Below, one piece after another: positions 42,001-55,745 of a stretch of 64,000 nucleotides of DNA. Source of the DNA: Antedon mediterranea. Taxonomy: Eukaryota > Animalia > Echinodermata. The position numbers and the translations under genes were made by a program. The notes beneath the pieces are model-generated. The model was not told the DNA's origin. It made no database searches and saw only the letters and a program-made list of their open reading frames with translations. Position 1 is the stretch's first letter; each line of letters opens with the position of its first letter. The DNA is taken from contig NC_092670.1 in assembly GCF_964355755.1 (NCBI RefSeq), positions 21,190,795-21,254,794 of the forward strand, written 5' to 3'.

Positions 42001-45000
42001 GTGAGAGCCATTCTGACTAGGGATTAAAACGTTAAAACATTGGGACCCATCATACATGGGCCTAGCTAGCCTACTACTACTAAACGATTGGCCCATAAAT
42101 AACAAAACTCAGTGGATTCCAAACCCATCCTATCAACCAAACTCCTAAACAATCTAAACCTAAAACATTCTACAAAATCGGCTGTAAATATCGCCGTCCG
42201 CACGTATGGTGTCCCGATCGTCTAAGTAGGCCTAAAATAGGCCTAGTTTACTCTCCAAAAAAGCGGATACTACTGCATCAAGCAAGTAGGCCAGGTAGTA
42301 GGAAGGAGACCTAGCCGATCCGGCCCAGTTAAAAATTGAGCTAGCTAGTGTAGTAGACCCTATGCGAATTGATACTACCAGGCCTTTACTAGGCTACACT
42401 TCTTAAAATTAGCAATACTTATACAAATTACAAATATTCCAACTCTCTCATTCGAGCTATATTATCTATACCATTCCGGTAGGTCGAGTAGACCTTCAAT
42501 CAAATACTGTACATCGTTCATGTTGTAATTATAGTTATAGACGGGGTATACTCGACCCGACCAGTTTGGTATTGTATACTGTATCTGCTTATCACGTGAC
42601 GATGCCAGGCATGGTCAGGTAGAGCACGTGTATATCGTCGTCTCGCTCTCCTCGCTCAGCAGGAATGTATACGTTACGCTTCATTGATTTTGAAGGCTTT
42701 CCCTAAGTCAGTGCGAAAATCGGCAAACGTAAAGTGCAAACATATCTAATTTTTCACTGTTTTGATGAATTTTCATAGAACATTGACTTTATAAATGGGA
42801 AGACCGACTAAAATTACATCAGATAAGTATAATTTTACAAAAGTAATTGATATGGTTAATGATAACGAGTCGTCGGAAGATTGACCATTTCACGAATTTC
42901 CTATTCTGTAACACAGTGTCATATCGCCGTAGCTGCACTTGTAATCTGGCCTTATTTCACAGCTTTCGTTCTGCTTCACTGGGCGCTTATATAAATTGAA
43001 ACTTTTACCGTTCAAGAGACAAACAAATATATTTTACATTTTTTACTATTCATTTTAAACCCGGAACCCCCCTTTAAGCCATTATCTGTAAATTGTCCTT
43101 AAACTTCTGTCTAAATCTAAAGTGTTTTTTGCCAAGGTCAAGGCTGAAGTTGTTTTGCCTATTTTAATTAAAGCTCTGTCCACACTATTAAACTTTATGT
43201 GAAAAAAAAATTTGACACATGACATATGGACATGAAGATGTCAGAGCAGAGCACTACCATATTATTTTCCGGCACTTTTTTTGTTAAACTAGTTTGATAG
43301 TGTAGACAGGCTTAAATTAAGCCTAACTTACATCCAGATCACACTCTTCACCACCCATAGTTTTTTGGTAGCTACCCATTCACCCTTGACGACAGTACTG
43401 ACCCCCAACGCCCCCCCCCCCCCCTCCCCCATTTATACTCTCCCAATTTCTTGTCCAAATATAATGGCCTTCTATGGGAGCACTATAATATAAAAAAGGG
43501 CCTGGCTACTGGTAATGTGTACTTAATAATTATCAATTGTTTTGTTATTACACCTGGCCATTGTTAATTTGAGCCTGCTGTATTTCTAACCCTAAGGAAT
43601 GTTAACAATAACAGCATTGATCTATTTTACTTTGCTTGGTTATTTAATTGATTACGCTTTCACGATTTGATATACCTGCTCTAGGTAATAAAGTATGCAA
43701 TTTATTCTCAATTCAATAATTGAATAAACAACATTCTGGATACTATAGATTTATACTATACTTTAAGAACAATGCTGCTATTTATGGATACTACTCTATT
43801 ATCTTATATATAACCCAGTGTCCCATGGGCCTATAATATATATCTGTATTATTAGAGAAAATAATATATTTGGGGGTAGGGTTATACTCGGATTGCATTA
43901 AATAATGGAATGTTTTAAAAGTTAACCTAAATTTTAGGTGAAATTATACTTGAGCATGAGGTTTTACTCAATAATATACTGTATTAAATTATTGATGATT
44001 TAAATTAAGCTCTATTTTGTTTTAAAGCTATATGAAAATATTTAATTTTTTTTATTCAATATTTCACTCAGTGTCTCCTCACAACATTTGATTCCATTCA
44101 TCCATATCACAATTGTTTTAAAAGACTGCTAACAATGATGTATAGCATTAATTAAATCTGTAAATTAAGTAATTCTCTTTAAATCATACTGCACGGTAGG
44201 CATAGTTTATGTTGTCATTATAATAAATAATAATAATAAATAACATTTATAAAGCGCAAGAGACAAAGGTTTCAAAGCGCTGTGTTTTCCAAGATCTGTG
44301 CAAGTAGTAGCGTGTGATTATGCTTCTCTGAAGAGATGAGTTTTGAGTTTAGTTTTAAATGTGATTACAGATTTTGATGAGCGTATTTCGAGGGGTAGAG
44401 TGTTCCAGAGTTTTGGGGCTGCGACAGCGAAAGCACGATCACCGTAAACCGAGTTCTGGAACGGGGTCCAGGTTTTAGAAGAAGTCTGCTGGATGAACGA
44501 AGCGTAGAGTTTGTTGACGGAGTAATGATGTCACATATGTAGGCTGGAGCACATCATTATAGCGTGAACTGACCCAGAAATACTTTGAAAAAGTGTATAA
44601 TATCTTTACTTTCGGTTCCTTGATACTTTTAATTACCTGCTAATTACTTTTACTAGATACAAAATGAATTTCTGAAACCTAAATTTATTATTGTTTTTGT
44701 TTTTATAGAGGAAATGAGTAATGCTAAAAATATATTAGAAGAATTAAACGCACCTGAGGTGTCAATGACTAGTAAACTGTCTTTGTTCCAAGCCCCGGCT
44801 ACTACAATTCAAAGCATGGTAAGTTGGTACTGGCACCTTCCTTCTAAGGTCAAACTCTTGGGTTCAACTCGGGATTGGAGTCATATTTTGGAAAAAACAA
44901 TCAAATGTAACAAACATCTGCACATGCTCACAATCCAGTCGTCAACAATCATCTGCACATGCTCACAATCCAGTCATCAACAGCCATCTGCACATGCTCA

Positions 45001-48000
45001 CAATCCAGTCATCAACCACCATCTGCACATGCTTAAAAATTAGTTGAATAAAAAAATAATGTTTATATTTTAATTCTATTCTCAGCAGTCATCAAATATG
45101 GTAGTAACAACAAATGGAGGTTCAAATGCCCCCATCACTAACAATCTTGGTCCAATAGGAAAGCCTCGTTCTAACAGCCAATCAAGTAATTATTCGTCAG
45201 AGAGCGGATCTTACCAGAAAGCACCTGGCTCGGAACGTGAGGATACGTTGGTAAGTCTATATCACGCTATCATTACTATAAAGTGGGTGCTTAATTTATG
45301 TTTAGTAAAATTCACTTCATTTGAGGCTTAGGAAGTGGAGTTGAAAGAGTCGTGAGTTACAACCATGGCACTAGGTCAGGATTGAAATCTGTACCTTGGG
45401 ATTAGAAGGCAAGCACGTTAACCACCAAGCTACAGCTTCATTTTCCAAATTTATGATTAGTAAACAGTGGCAATGCAATTGTTTTTAATTAATATTTTGT
45501 GTCACTTCTTCCTTACCTAATCAACCCTCTTGTACGTATCTATATTGCAAGAGAGTTTGTCCGCATCTTTCCTAGTATGTTATTTTAACCCACATGTATA
45601 ATTTTTTTTTTAGTCAAATCTTAAGAAACTTCTTCAAAATGTGGATAACGATGTTAACATTGACAGCCAAGAGAAGAATAGACGGAAACAGAATCTTTTG
45701 TTATCACATAATATTTCACCTGGTAGCCCATTTGCATCTAGTATATCCAACTGTAACCTTCCTAGCCCAGGAACACCTAGTCCATCTAGCATGTCTGTCA
45801 ATGCAACACCTTTTTACCCACCTAGTGATACAGTTGGCTCAGTTGTTGGTAAGTTCCTAAGTCAATACAATACCTAATACCCAAGGTTATACTAACCTAC
45901 TATACACTGTGTTCGCGCGATTGGGAGTTTGAAATCAACGTTGCATTTCTTGTGTCCCAAGGCAAGACATTCTTATGTTTTCCTCTCTACATTCATGTGT
46001 ACGCGAGTACCTGGTAAAGGAAAACACAAATGCCCTGATTATTAGCTGCAACATTATGGGAGCTAAATATGTATTCCATACGTTTTTGACCTCATGACCT
46101 GGGTAATAATGTGCATTAACATTAAATGCTAAATAAGATTTGACATTATTAAACACAGGTAAATTTAGGTTGTTTCATAAGCCCTGCATGCACAAAAGAT
46201 CAAATTCATATTTGTCTCATATACTCTGGGTTTATGTGGTTTATACAAATATTTAATTTACACATTACCATTTCTATTAGGTAATGCTTTGGATGATATT
46301 TCAATTGAAGATGTAACAAATATTGATAGGGAGTTAATAGGTGATAATGATGGGTCATCCGTAGGAAGTAATAGTGCAAGCCTTAGTCATTTAGGTAAGT
46401 ACTTGGATATAAACTTTGTTTTTGCCATCGAGGGACTGTATTCAAATTTGATTTGTTGCGTTGCAATGTATAAATCATATTTGGAAAATATTATAATCCT
46501 ATCGTACATGAGGGTAAACTTGTATTTGTAAAAAAAAAAATATCAGGAATGACACTTGCTACTGGTCCTCTTGATTACAGGACTGCACTGTTTGACCACA
46601 GAGCCATACAGATTTCTAACCAATACCGTATATCCTCCGGTATAATCCCACCCACCTAGAAAGACCAAAAAATTGGGCCGACCTGGGGTGGTGGAGGACT
46701 AATACCCGGAGAAACCCTGGTTTAAGAAAAAATCGGTAAGGATTTAAATTCATCCGAACTGGCTAGAAAGCATACATCCAGACCAAAAGTAAAATACTGA
46801 GACTATACCTGTGGATATGCCTGTTTGTGAAATCAGACATAAAGTAGGGGGTGGGATTAGACCTGAAGTGGGATTATACCCGAGGATATATGGTAATATC
46901 ACTGTACATGACACACTTTCAATGTTATAATTCATTTCACATTTAATTATGCAAACTATTGATATATAATGTCCCATTTACAGGTCTGCTAAGTAGTACA
47001 GCTCCTGTTAATATTCCTATGTCAAGTAGTATGAACCATAAGACTTCCATATCAGATAGTCCTGGCTCGCCTTTAAAAACTCTTCCTCCAGCATTTGTTC
47101 CGCAACATATTCAACAACAGCAGCAAATAGAAATGGTAAGTGTATTGGTTATTTGGGTAGAAACTTTTTACGTAATACCATTGGTATTTATAGATTCAGC
47201 AGAATTTTTCATTTTATACAGTAACTTTACTGTATCTGATTTCCATTTACCTTTCTAAATGTGAATTTAATAAGAATTGTCCCCATGTTTGCTGGATACT
47301 GAGGAAATTCGGATAGGTTTTCTACTGACCCACACAAGCCAGCATTGCAGTGCCTGCCATTATCAGCACACATGGGGGATGATCCTGTACTTTTTTAGTA
47401 GTGTACCAAGCTCACTGTTTGTAAATAGCACAGACAGTTTGAACCAATGCCTTTTACATGCTAGTCCAATCCCTTACTATTACGCCATGTCACCAATACA
47501 CATGATGCATGTTTATCTCTTTTGAATAGCATATGAAATGATGTCATTTCTACCTAGTTCAAGCCTTGTGGTCGTAGCGTTGAAAATTTAGTTTGGTTAA
47601 GGCGCTATACAATACGACTTATTATTATTATTTTGTTCTTATCCTTGCTACATTTCTGTATTTCTAGGCAGCAAAAAATGCTTTCTTTAGTCAACCAAAT
47701 CCACTTCCAAGTCTACATAAACTAAGCATGATGGATAATATAGGAACGTCTTGCTCTCCTTCTCGTGGACCTCAGTCACCGCTGCTCACAACAATGGCAA
47801 CAACATCGTTATCAAATGTCGAAGTTCAAAGATTACAAGAAGAGGTCATTATATTACAGAAAAAATTACAAAGTTGGGAAGAATCTTGGAATCAAGCAAA
47901 GCAGGTTTGTAAAGCCCTGTCTACACTATCAAAAATGTGATGTGCCTATATATGGACATGATATTATATCACTCCCATGTTTGAGCATATCACTACCATA

Positions 48001-50164
48001 TTTGGGCACATCACAATTTTTTTTGTCAAAGCCTGGTGATAAGTGTAGTTAATAAGAATATGTGTATTAAATAATAAGTGGTTTACATTTTTTACATGCT
48101 TCTGGGTGCAAAGGAAATTGATTGGCCTAGTGATAAATCTTTGGTGTTAGGCCTTCATTGGGAACATTTAGACAATAACCTTTGAACCTTCAGGCTGTCA
48201 TTAGCCTTTGGGACCTGTTAGGGTTGGGCCTTTGCACTGTTAGTAGTTAGGCCTCCATTGTTAAGCCTCTTCCATTGCACACCACTTACTACAATCTTCT
48301 CTTTCTTTTTATGTTTGAATGAGTAATGCATGTCTGTCTCATTTAATTTTTTTACTAACAAATAATTGCATTTTGTTTTTTTGTATTCTATCAATATGTA
48401 TTGAATGTGGTCTCTCTCTTAACTCTCTTAAATGTGAACACTTTGTTTACCACAGTAACTATATTTCCATGTAGTCTGGTTTTCAGAACATTGTGTTCTA
48501 CATTGGGTTGAGTTGGCTGTATGAGGTGTGGTGAATAAGTTTGCTAACCTGCCTTCAATTTGAAATGTCTACTCTTACTCTTCTCATCTGCTTACGTTTC
48601 TGCTAATATTAGAATAATGTCTACCACTATATGGTGCAGCAGTACTGTATAATTTTATAATACATTATTCAGTTCTTTTACTCCATTGTGTTATTGCAGT
48701 TCTTATTGTAATGATGTTGACTTAGCAGCATTGTTGTTATGTTGCCATTACTTCCTGGCAGCATATTATTATTTGTTATCATTGTAACATAACATGGTTG
48801 TCGATTGTTTTCTATGTTTTTTGTACTATTACTATGGTAGTAGCATAATTGTTCTAATATAATAGTAATGTTTATTTCTAACCTTGCATGTTGTTTTTCT
48901 GATAGGCATGTGATGCATGGAAGAAAGAGGCGTCTGATTCTAATGAAAAAGCTAAGGTTGCCGATGTGGAAAAGCTGGCTATTATCCAGGCTAAAGAAGA
49001 AGTAAGCCTCCCTTTAGTTAATTTATTTTACAGTTTTGAGTAAGTACCACACTCGTCATGTAAAACAAGAAATTAGCCTTACAAGTAGATAAGTAATCAT
49101 TGGAGGCAGGCCCTTATTTTGTTTTGTGTAATTGATATTTAGCATGTTTGTACACAGTTTGATTTGCTTTGTGGGGTGTTTTTTTTTATATTCATTACTA
49201 AATACTAAGATCTTTCAACACTATGAATTAGTATCTGTTCAATAAGTCATCAATAAGGTCAAAGTTCACAACAAAGTACTGTATACTATGTTTAGAATAA
49301 ATGTATCCAATCTGTGTATGGGTAGGTCATCTACATATCAGCTCTTGTAGATTTTGTCTTTATTTCAGAATTTTTAGCATTACTTACCATTAAGTATTGT
49401 TAATTATTTTTATATTTTCTAGGCTAAAGAAGAAGCAAAAGTATTAAAACTAGAAATTGAAGGTTTAAGTGGAGGTCCTCATTTACATGTGTTAAACCGG
49501 ACATCAGAACTTAACCATCTTCCTCTTCATCAATTAAAGAAATTACAGCTTCAACTGAAATCAGATCTTGAGAAATTAGAAAAGGTTTGTTGTATACCTA
49601 TACTAAATATTTGATCATTCTATAAAGTAGAGAAGTGAAGACAAGAAGGAATTTAATATAACATACATTAGTACAGTAGAACCTCCTTTGGTAAACCCCT
49701 ATTCAGGGGACAGCTTACCCTTTAAGGAGACACTTTTCCGTGAAACAAATAAGGAGAAATATATGATACCACACTACAGCCAAACCCTATTCATGGGACA
49801 TTTTTTCTGGTTCTTTAAGGTGTCCCCTTAATAGGAGTTATACTCTGTGTTTACAGTAGTAAGCCATTGTAATACGCGTGTACATGCTCACCCTGCGATA
49901 AGTAAACGTTTATTGAATGTGTGCCATGCAAAAGAGTATATCAAAATGTTAGTTTTAGTAATATTCAGTGTCTTCTATTTTACTTTTCAGGTAATTCACA
50001 TACGAGAGGGATCATGTTGCTACGGCTGTCAAGATAAAGCGCGGAACGTGGTTGTCACTCCGTGTTATCACCTTGTATTTTGCGATTTATGCGCTCCTAA
50101 TAAATCAACATGTAGTATTTGTCATGGTCACGTAGCTCAAAGACTAACAATACCAAATTTATAG
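33066..50164 (+). CDS. unk: Unkempt (UNK/UNKL family) CCCH zinc-finger RNA-binding RING protein, ~797 aa, 14 coding exons
   Basis: Exons 33066-33136, 33240-33449, 39470-39795, 40665-40803, 41183-41385, 44709-44818, 45086-45250, 45614-45848, 46281-46394, 46984-47135, 47668-47904, 48906-49001, 49423-49584, 49991-50164. All are GT-AG and phase-consistent (2394 nt). Diagnostic EKP.HYTYLKEFRT, tandem CCCH fingers, WEESW.QAKQACDAWKKEA coiled coil and C-terminal RING. Confidence 0.95.
35624..38066. mobile_element. Kolobok-type element (TTAA TSD, AG...CT ends), 2.4 kb, in unk intron 2
   Basis: ttaa|agatgtattgtccccc ... gggggacaatacatct|ttaa; no intact ORF. Confidence 0.85.
41490..43073. mobile_element. 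Second Kolobok-type element (TTAA TSD) in unk intron 5
   Basis: ttaa|agggggattctgggtttaaaa ... ttttaaacccggaacccccct|ttaa; CpG-rich interior. Confidence 0.8.
44217..44570 (-). mobile_element. 5'-truncated LINE 3' end (CR1/L2-like)
   Basis: Minus strand encodes YGDRAFAVAAPKLWNTLPLEIRSSKSVITFKTKLKTHLF, followed by a (TTA)n tail. Confidence 0.85.
44914..45033 (+). repeat. ~35-bp minisatellite, ~3.5 copies, in unk intron 6
   Basis: catctgcacatgctcacaatccagtc(a/g)tcaac repeated. Confidence 0.85.
45365..45435 (-). mobile_element. Degenerate tRNA-derived SINE head
   Basis: Minus strand has A-box-like tagcttggtgg and degenerate B-box gatttcaatcc; no cloverleaf. Confidence 0.4.
46626..46893. mobile_element. 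pogo/Tigger-like MITE
   Basis: TA|ccgtatatcctccggtataatcccac ... gtgggattatacccgaggatatatgg|TA. Confidence 0.8.
49673..49848. mobile_element. Degenerate Tc1/mariner-type MITE (second copy ~50585-50730)
   Basis: tacagtagaacctccttt start and ggggaca/tgtcccct internal motifs are shared by both copies. Confidence 0.6.
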
Positions 50165-53100
50165 ATTTTGTTGTCATGAATACCACTGTCAGGGTTTTAT
50201 GTTGTTCGTAGGACAGACATAATTATTTAAATTATGGTGTTTCAGGGCGTATATACACATTAATCAGAGCCCAGATTCACTAGAGTCATTTAGTATAATC
50301 TGGTTCCTCTAAAATGATAAAGCATAAGAGATTGTTTAATTTAATTCTTTTGTTATTACTCTGTATATTATTAATATAAAGTATTATTCTGTTAGAATTT
50401 GACTTTATTTCATATAACTAGTTTTCATTAACAAAGTAGTGCTTTGTTCAGGATATTAGCAAAGAAAGACAAATAAATTTCATACTGATTGAATACGTCA
50501 AATAAGAAAACAAATATTTTTCCATAAATGGCTTTGAATATATAAAACATATTTAGATTGTGGTACATTTTGTTGGCCAGATTCTGTAGAACACCTCCTT
50601 TGGGAAACTCCTATTAAAGGGACAATTTACTGTGAAATAAACGATGGCAATGTTTTAACACTGCAGCTAACCCCCCATTCAGGGGACACTTTGATTTGTT
50701 CTGTCCCCTTTAATAATGTTCAACTGTACTATATAATTGTCTTAGGCCATTGTATAAACAGTGACCTCTATTAATAAGAACTGCAGTCTAAAATCTCTGC
50801 ACTTCAAATAAAACAAAATCTTTAAAATATATTAGATAACATGAGAAAATATCAAAGAATCTTTTACTCATTTTGTTGCATGTGGTCTGTTAAAAACCTA
50901 CTAGGCTCAATTTCAATACAATAACAAGCCAGAACATGTAAAATGCAAGTCACCCTTGTAACAGTCAAAAACACATGATTAACGTGTGATTAAATAACCA
51001 CCGTTTAAAGATGTATTGTCCCCCAAAAACATGGAAGATAAAGATTAAATCAGACTTTGAATAGGTTATTTTGTAGTTTTAATAAAGGATATCACTTCCG
51101 TAGAAAAAAAACTCGGGAAAACAATGTTTTCACTTATAGAATAACATAATAAATGGTTAAATTCAACCAAAAATCAATTTTGTCCATTTTTTTGCTTTAA
51201 ATTACAGTTTTTTCAAGTAAATAAATTTGGTTTAGATCCAACTATTGGACAACTATTATGTGACAACAAAAATTCTAACAATTATTTTTCAGGGGGGACA
51301 ATACATCTTTAACATACTGTAAATTAAATTATTTTTATTTAATAATAAATTTTCAATATTTTTTTAATGCTAATGTGAAGGAAGAATGATTCAAATGGTG
51401 ACAGATAAACTCGTTTCTTATCAGTCCGTTGTTCATTGATAAAGTATGGTTTTTTCAATGAATTTTACATACCATTGTTTCTTTAATTTTTACGATTATT
51501 TTATCGTAGATATTTTCTGTGTCGAAAATCAAAAGGTATTATTATAAAACTTTATTTTTAATATGAGAATGCTTACGTTTAAGTGTACAAACTATTGTAT
51601 TCAGTTTGTGTTGTTATTTCAGTTTTGTTATTTCGACCAAAAAAATATATAATCAATTAAATATGCAGATAGGTTTTTTAATTAGGTAATTATTTAAATT
51701 AAGTACATCAACATTACTATAATGAGGTAAGTTACACTAGGCCTTTATTTTCTTAACAAATTTGTTTTAATGCAAACAATTTAACTTTTAAAAAAAGTTT
51801 CTGAACACATGTTTTTTAGTAAATGCAGTTTTATTTCTGAATTATGAATACTAATTTCAGTTCATTTTCTGTATTTATTATTGTTCCCATTGGTTTATAA
51901 GGTTTTTACACTTGTGATGCCTTGCTCTGGTTTTGGTTAAGATTTTTTTCTCTCGCACGACTCGGTGACTCTGAAATTTATATTGTATATATTTTAGATC
52001 ATTTTTCATAGGCTTTTTCAAATTCTTAAAATTAGTAATTTTTCTAAATGGTAATAGTTAAATTATTGCACACATTTTGATTTAACTTAATTTGGGTTTT
52101 CTCCGTGTGGCAATAAAGACATACATCTTACTCTGATTGGTGAAAAATTTATAATAAGAGAAATGTAAACTAAACCAGTTGACACCCAGTACAAGTGAGA
52201 GTTGCCAGATGGGCGACGACCATTGGAAGTTGCCAGATGGGCCACTTACAACACCACTCCTATAAATTAGTAAATTGTTATATAATTTCTTCATAGGCCT
52301 ACATGAATTCAATGATTAGTAGTGTAGTGATAGTAAAATCAGTATTGTTAGTTACTACGATACATATCTAGTGTAGTATAGTCTTACAAACACATTTTGT
52401 TTTTTAAAAATGCCTCTATTTAATGACCACTTTTAGGCGTCAGGGTGTTGAGTTGACCCTCAGCAGTTTTTGTTTCTTATACAAATTATTGAATGACAAG
52501 AAATGTGGTGTCTAATTGGTGTGTTATACTTGCAATGCACCTTCAGTGAAATATTCACCCCTGGAACGGACTCAATTGTAGTTTACTAACCAGAAATATT
52601 TATTTTAATCTTGGCATAATTACTTAAAGGTTGGTTATGTTTTATTCTAAATTAAATTTTACAAAAACATTTTTGTATTTTAAAAAAGATAAGTCATGTT
52701 CAACAGTTTATTTTATTGAATAGTTGTTGGCATTTCACTTTATTAGAAATTAGTATTTTTTTAATTAATTAAATATACAAGAAATTATTATTCAGAAATG
52801 GAACCCGAACACATTAAAAAATGTGAATTATTCAGATTAGATGCTTTTGGTCATTAACTTGCATGATGTCATATTCGTATGATGTCATACATGTATGCCA
52901 AAATGTAGTGTCATTTAGATACAGAAGGGTTATAAACAATAGAGGATTCTGGCATTTGTTTAATCTGAAATTAACCACTTTTTCAACTTTTCTAAAATGT
53001 ATGTATCTAAATGATTATTATTATTTCATATGATTCATATACTTTTTACTACATTGCTTTTATACGCCAATACAAAATAGTTCTTGTAGATTTAACCCTT

Positions 53101-53860
53101 TATTTAATGTCATTCTTGTAACAAAAAAATTATCTTTAACAAAAACAAATTAAACAATGATTTATTTAACTTGTTTCTTATAAATATCTTATTGCATCTG
53201 GTTTATTTCACATTTTCCAAGCTAATTTAGTAATTTTAGACTTTAAAATAGGAAAAACATTTTACAATTGGTGAATAAGATTGTTCATAATGTTAAATTG
53301 CCCGACATGCTTGTATTTGTAATGATACTATAAATATATAATATATATAAAATAAGTATATATTATATACTTTATTTTAAACCAATTTTTATAAATTATT
53401 ATTTCCATTGTAAATTATTATTTCTTTTGATTGCAACAAAGCATAGTAATGGTGGTTTTGAATTATAATTTTTAGTGAATATTTTAATTTATAAATGTTA
53501 AAATTACCATATTTAATTTTCTTATTTTTCCCTTAGTAAAGACTCCAGGTGAAATATTTATATAAATGTAGATTTCTTGATGTTATACAATTACCCTTAG
53601 TATATCATTGTTTCTAATATGTGCCATGGAGATTATTTCCCCTGGTATTCTTCCATTAATAAACTTAGTATTAGTAAAAAAAAAATTCTATAAAGTTTTT
53701 TCGTGGAAGACTCCTTAAGTTACTGATATTTTTGTGATTGATTTTTAAAGACTGATCTTAAGGAGATAGGTTGATTTTTGTATTGTAAAGATGGCTTAGG
53801 CCTTGTAAAAGCTTTTGTGTTAGTCATGTGAAAAAAAATAAAAAAATATACAGCTTTGAA
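50165..53860 (+). other. Putative long AU-rich unk 3' UTR (~3.7 kb)
   Basis: Very AT-rich, ORF-free sequence after the stop. AATAAA at ~53837 is followed by a GT-rich tract. Earlier AATAAA sites exist, so the end is uncertain. Confidence 0.4.
51009..51308. mobile_element. 300-bp deletion derivative of the 35624-38066 Kolobok-type family
   Basis: Same TIRs agatgtattgtccccc / gggggacaatacatct with TTAA on both sides. A solo end is also present at ~57408-57425. Confidence 0.85.
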
Positions 53861-54382
53861 ATTGATTTGGTAGTCTTAGTTATTTATTGTCTTCAAGAGA
53901 AAGACATATTACATTCCTTTGCAACTTTATATGTGACGTGCCTTTGAAAATGTATGTACATTCTTATTCTTTACTCCATGATTATTACGATCCATGTCGT
54001 GTTCTACTTTAAAGATGTCATGTTTGAGGGTAAGGTGAGGGGGAACTCAGACCATTGGAGAATATTGTTCTATACATTTATTCGTGACAAATGGTAAACT
54101 GTGAAAGGTGAGACCTGCTCAGTTAAAACATTTAGAAATAAGGTTCCACCACAAAGATAAACTTCGAATACACACTCATCACAGATATTTCAGTTTTTCA
54201 CGCTGCTTCTTTAGCCAGCTACTTCCCAAGAGGACTACTCATTCAGGGGCTGAAAGCAAGCAGCAATACTAGAGGCCGACGTTTTTGTTTTTTTTGTAAA
54301 CTAGGACACGTCATGCTAAAATAACAAATCCCAAAGCAAAGCTGTTCAGATAATCATTAAATTATTATCAAAACAGTCCATT

Positions 54383-55459
54383 AGGCCCTGTTCAGACCCA
54401 TGGCGTTAGACCGTTTTAGCGTACGACGCTAAAAGAATGTGTGTCTGAACAGTTGGGGATTAGCGTACAACGCGTCGTACAACGGTTGTAGCGTTGTAGT
54501 GGAAAACGGTTGATAGTACCGTTTTAGCGTACGACGCTACTGTAAGTCAACGTTGTATCCAATCAGAACGTTTCCTGTTATGACGCGAAACAAGGTTTGA
54601 CCTAGGCTGACATCTTGTATCGTCAATGTGTGAGATGGATTTCAATAACAAAAAGGCCAGAATAAATAAGGCCTAACTACACTACAAATACAACTGTTAC
54701 AAAGGCTACAAACTATTATCAACTGATTACCATTATATTTTCTAACAAATGACATAAATACATGCACCTTGTATTTAAACATAGGGACTACGATCCCATC
54801 CGCTTTTAGGCTTAGCTAGGCCTAGAGCCATTCACGCATTTCATTCAAGCTAAAAACTAGCGTGGGACATCAAGTCACTCATTCATACAAGGCAGACTAG
54901 ACTGGACAAGTTTAATGCTGAAAATCCCCTAACTCCTAAAAAAAACAGTAAACAAACAAGGGAGCTGTGTCCCTTTTATTAGCAAGTTAAGGGTTATTTT
55001 CAACCGACTGCACCAAAGAATATAATCTTTGACTGGACTGGATAGACTAATCACAATCATTTTTTTCTTCATCATTACGAGGCCTGCTTTATTTTCGTAA
55101 CACAAGAGCCTGGGGAAAATGTTTTTTACTACAAAATAAAAACAATAGAAACAGAAATTTGGCTTTACTATATTTTTCTTAAATAAATGCTGAGGTATGT
55201 TTTATTTACGGCAAATGTTGTCATAATTGTAGGGCTGAGATCTAGGCCTATATACAGTGGAAATAATGATGAAAACACGTGGGTGTAAGAGCACATGAAT
55301 ATGCAACTAGAAACAACCTGGATGACGTATTTCCGTTGTAACGATAATCGTACGCTATGGGTCTGAACACCTCGTTTTTTTCTCTGCGGTTTGTAACGTG
55401 ACCTTGATAGTAACGTTGTACGCTAAAACGGTCTAACGCCATGGGTCTGAACAGGGCCT
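54383..55459. mobile_element. ~1.1-kb MITE (PIF/Harbinger-like)
   Basis: ~42-bp perfect TIR aggccctgttcagacccatggcgttagaccgttttagcgtac; TTA-like flanks. Confidence 0.85.
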
Positions 55460-55745
55460 TTAAGTTTTTGTTTGTAATAGGATACTTCACAGTTGAAGTA
55501 TCCAGGCTTGATGAAGCCTGACCCCCCAGACAGAAGTGACAGAAATTGTGTTTCATATCAAAGTAGGAATTCTTGTTGTGTTTTACTTCAAATACAAGTT
55601 AGATCACTTCTGTAACAAAAAAATAATATTTATTTACGTATAAAAAGAGAAAAGAAACGTTTAATTATAGCCCAAAAACCATTGTCTGACAGACATTTTT
55701 TGCCTTAAATTACATTTTTTCAGGGGAATAATTGTTTGGTTAACG

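Noticed and set aside
44835-46610. Possible tRNA genes from A/B-box-like motifs
   Set aside because: No cloverleaf can be folded; better explained as decayed SINE heads.
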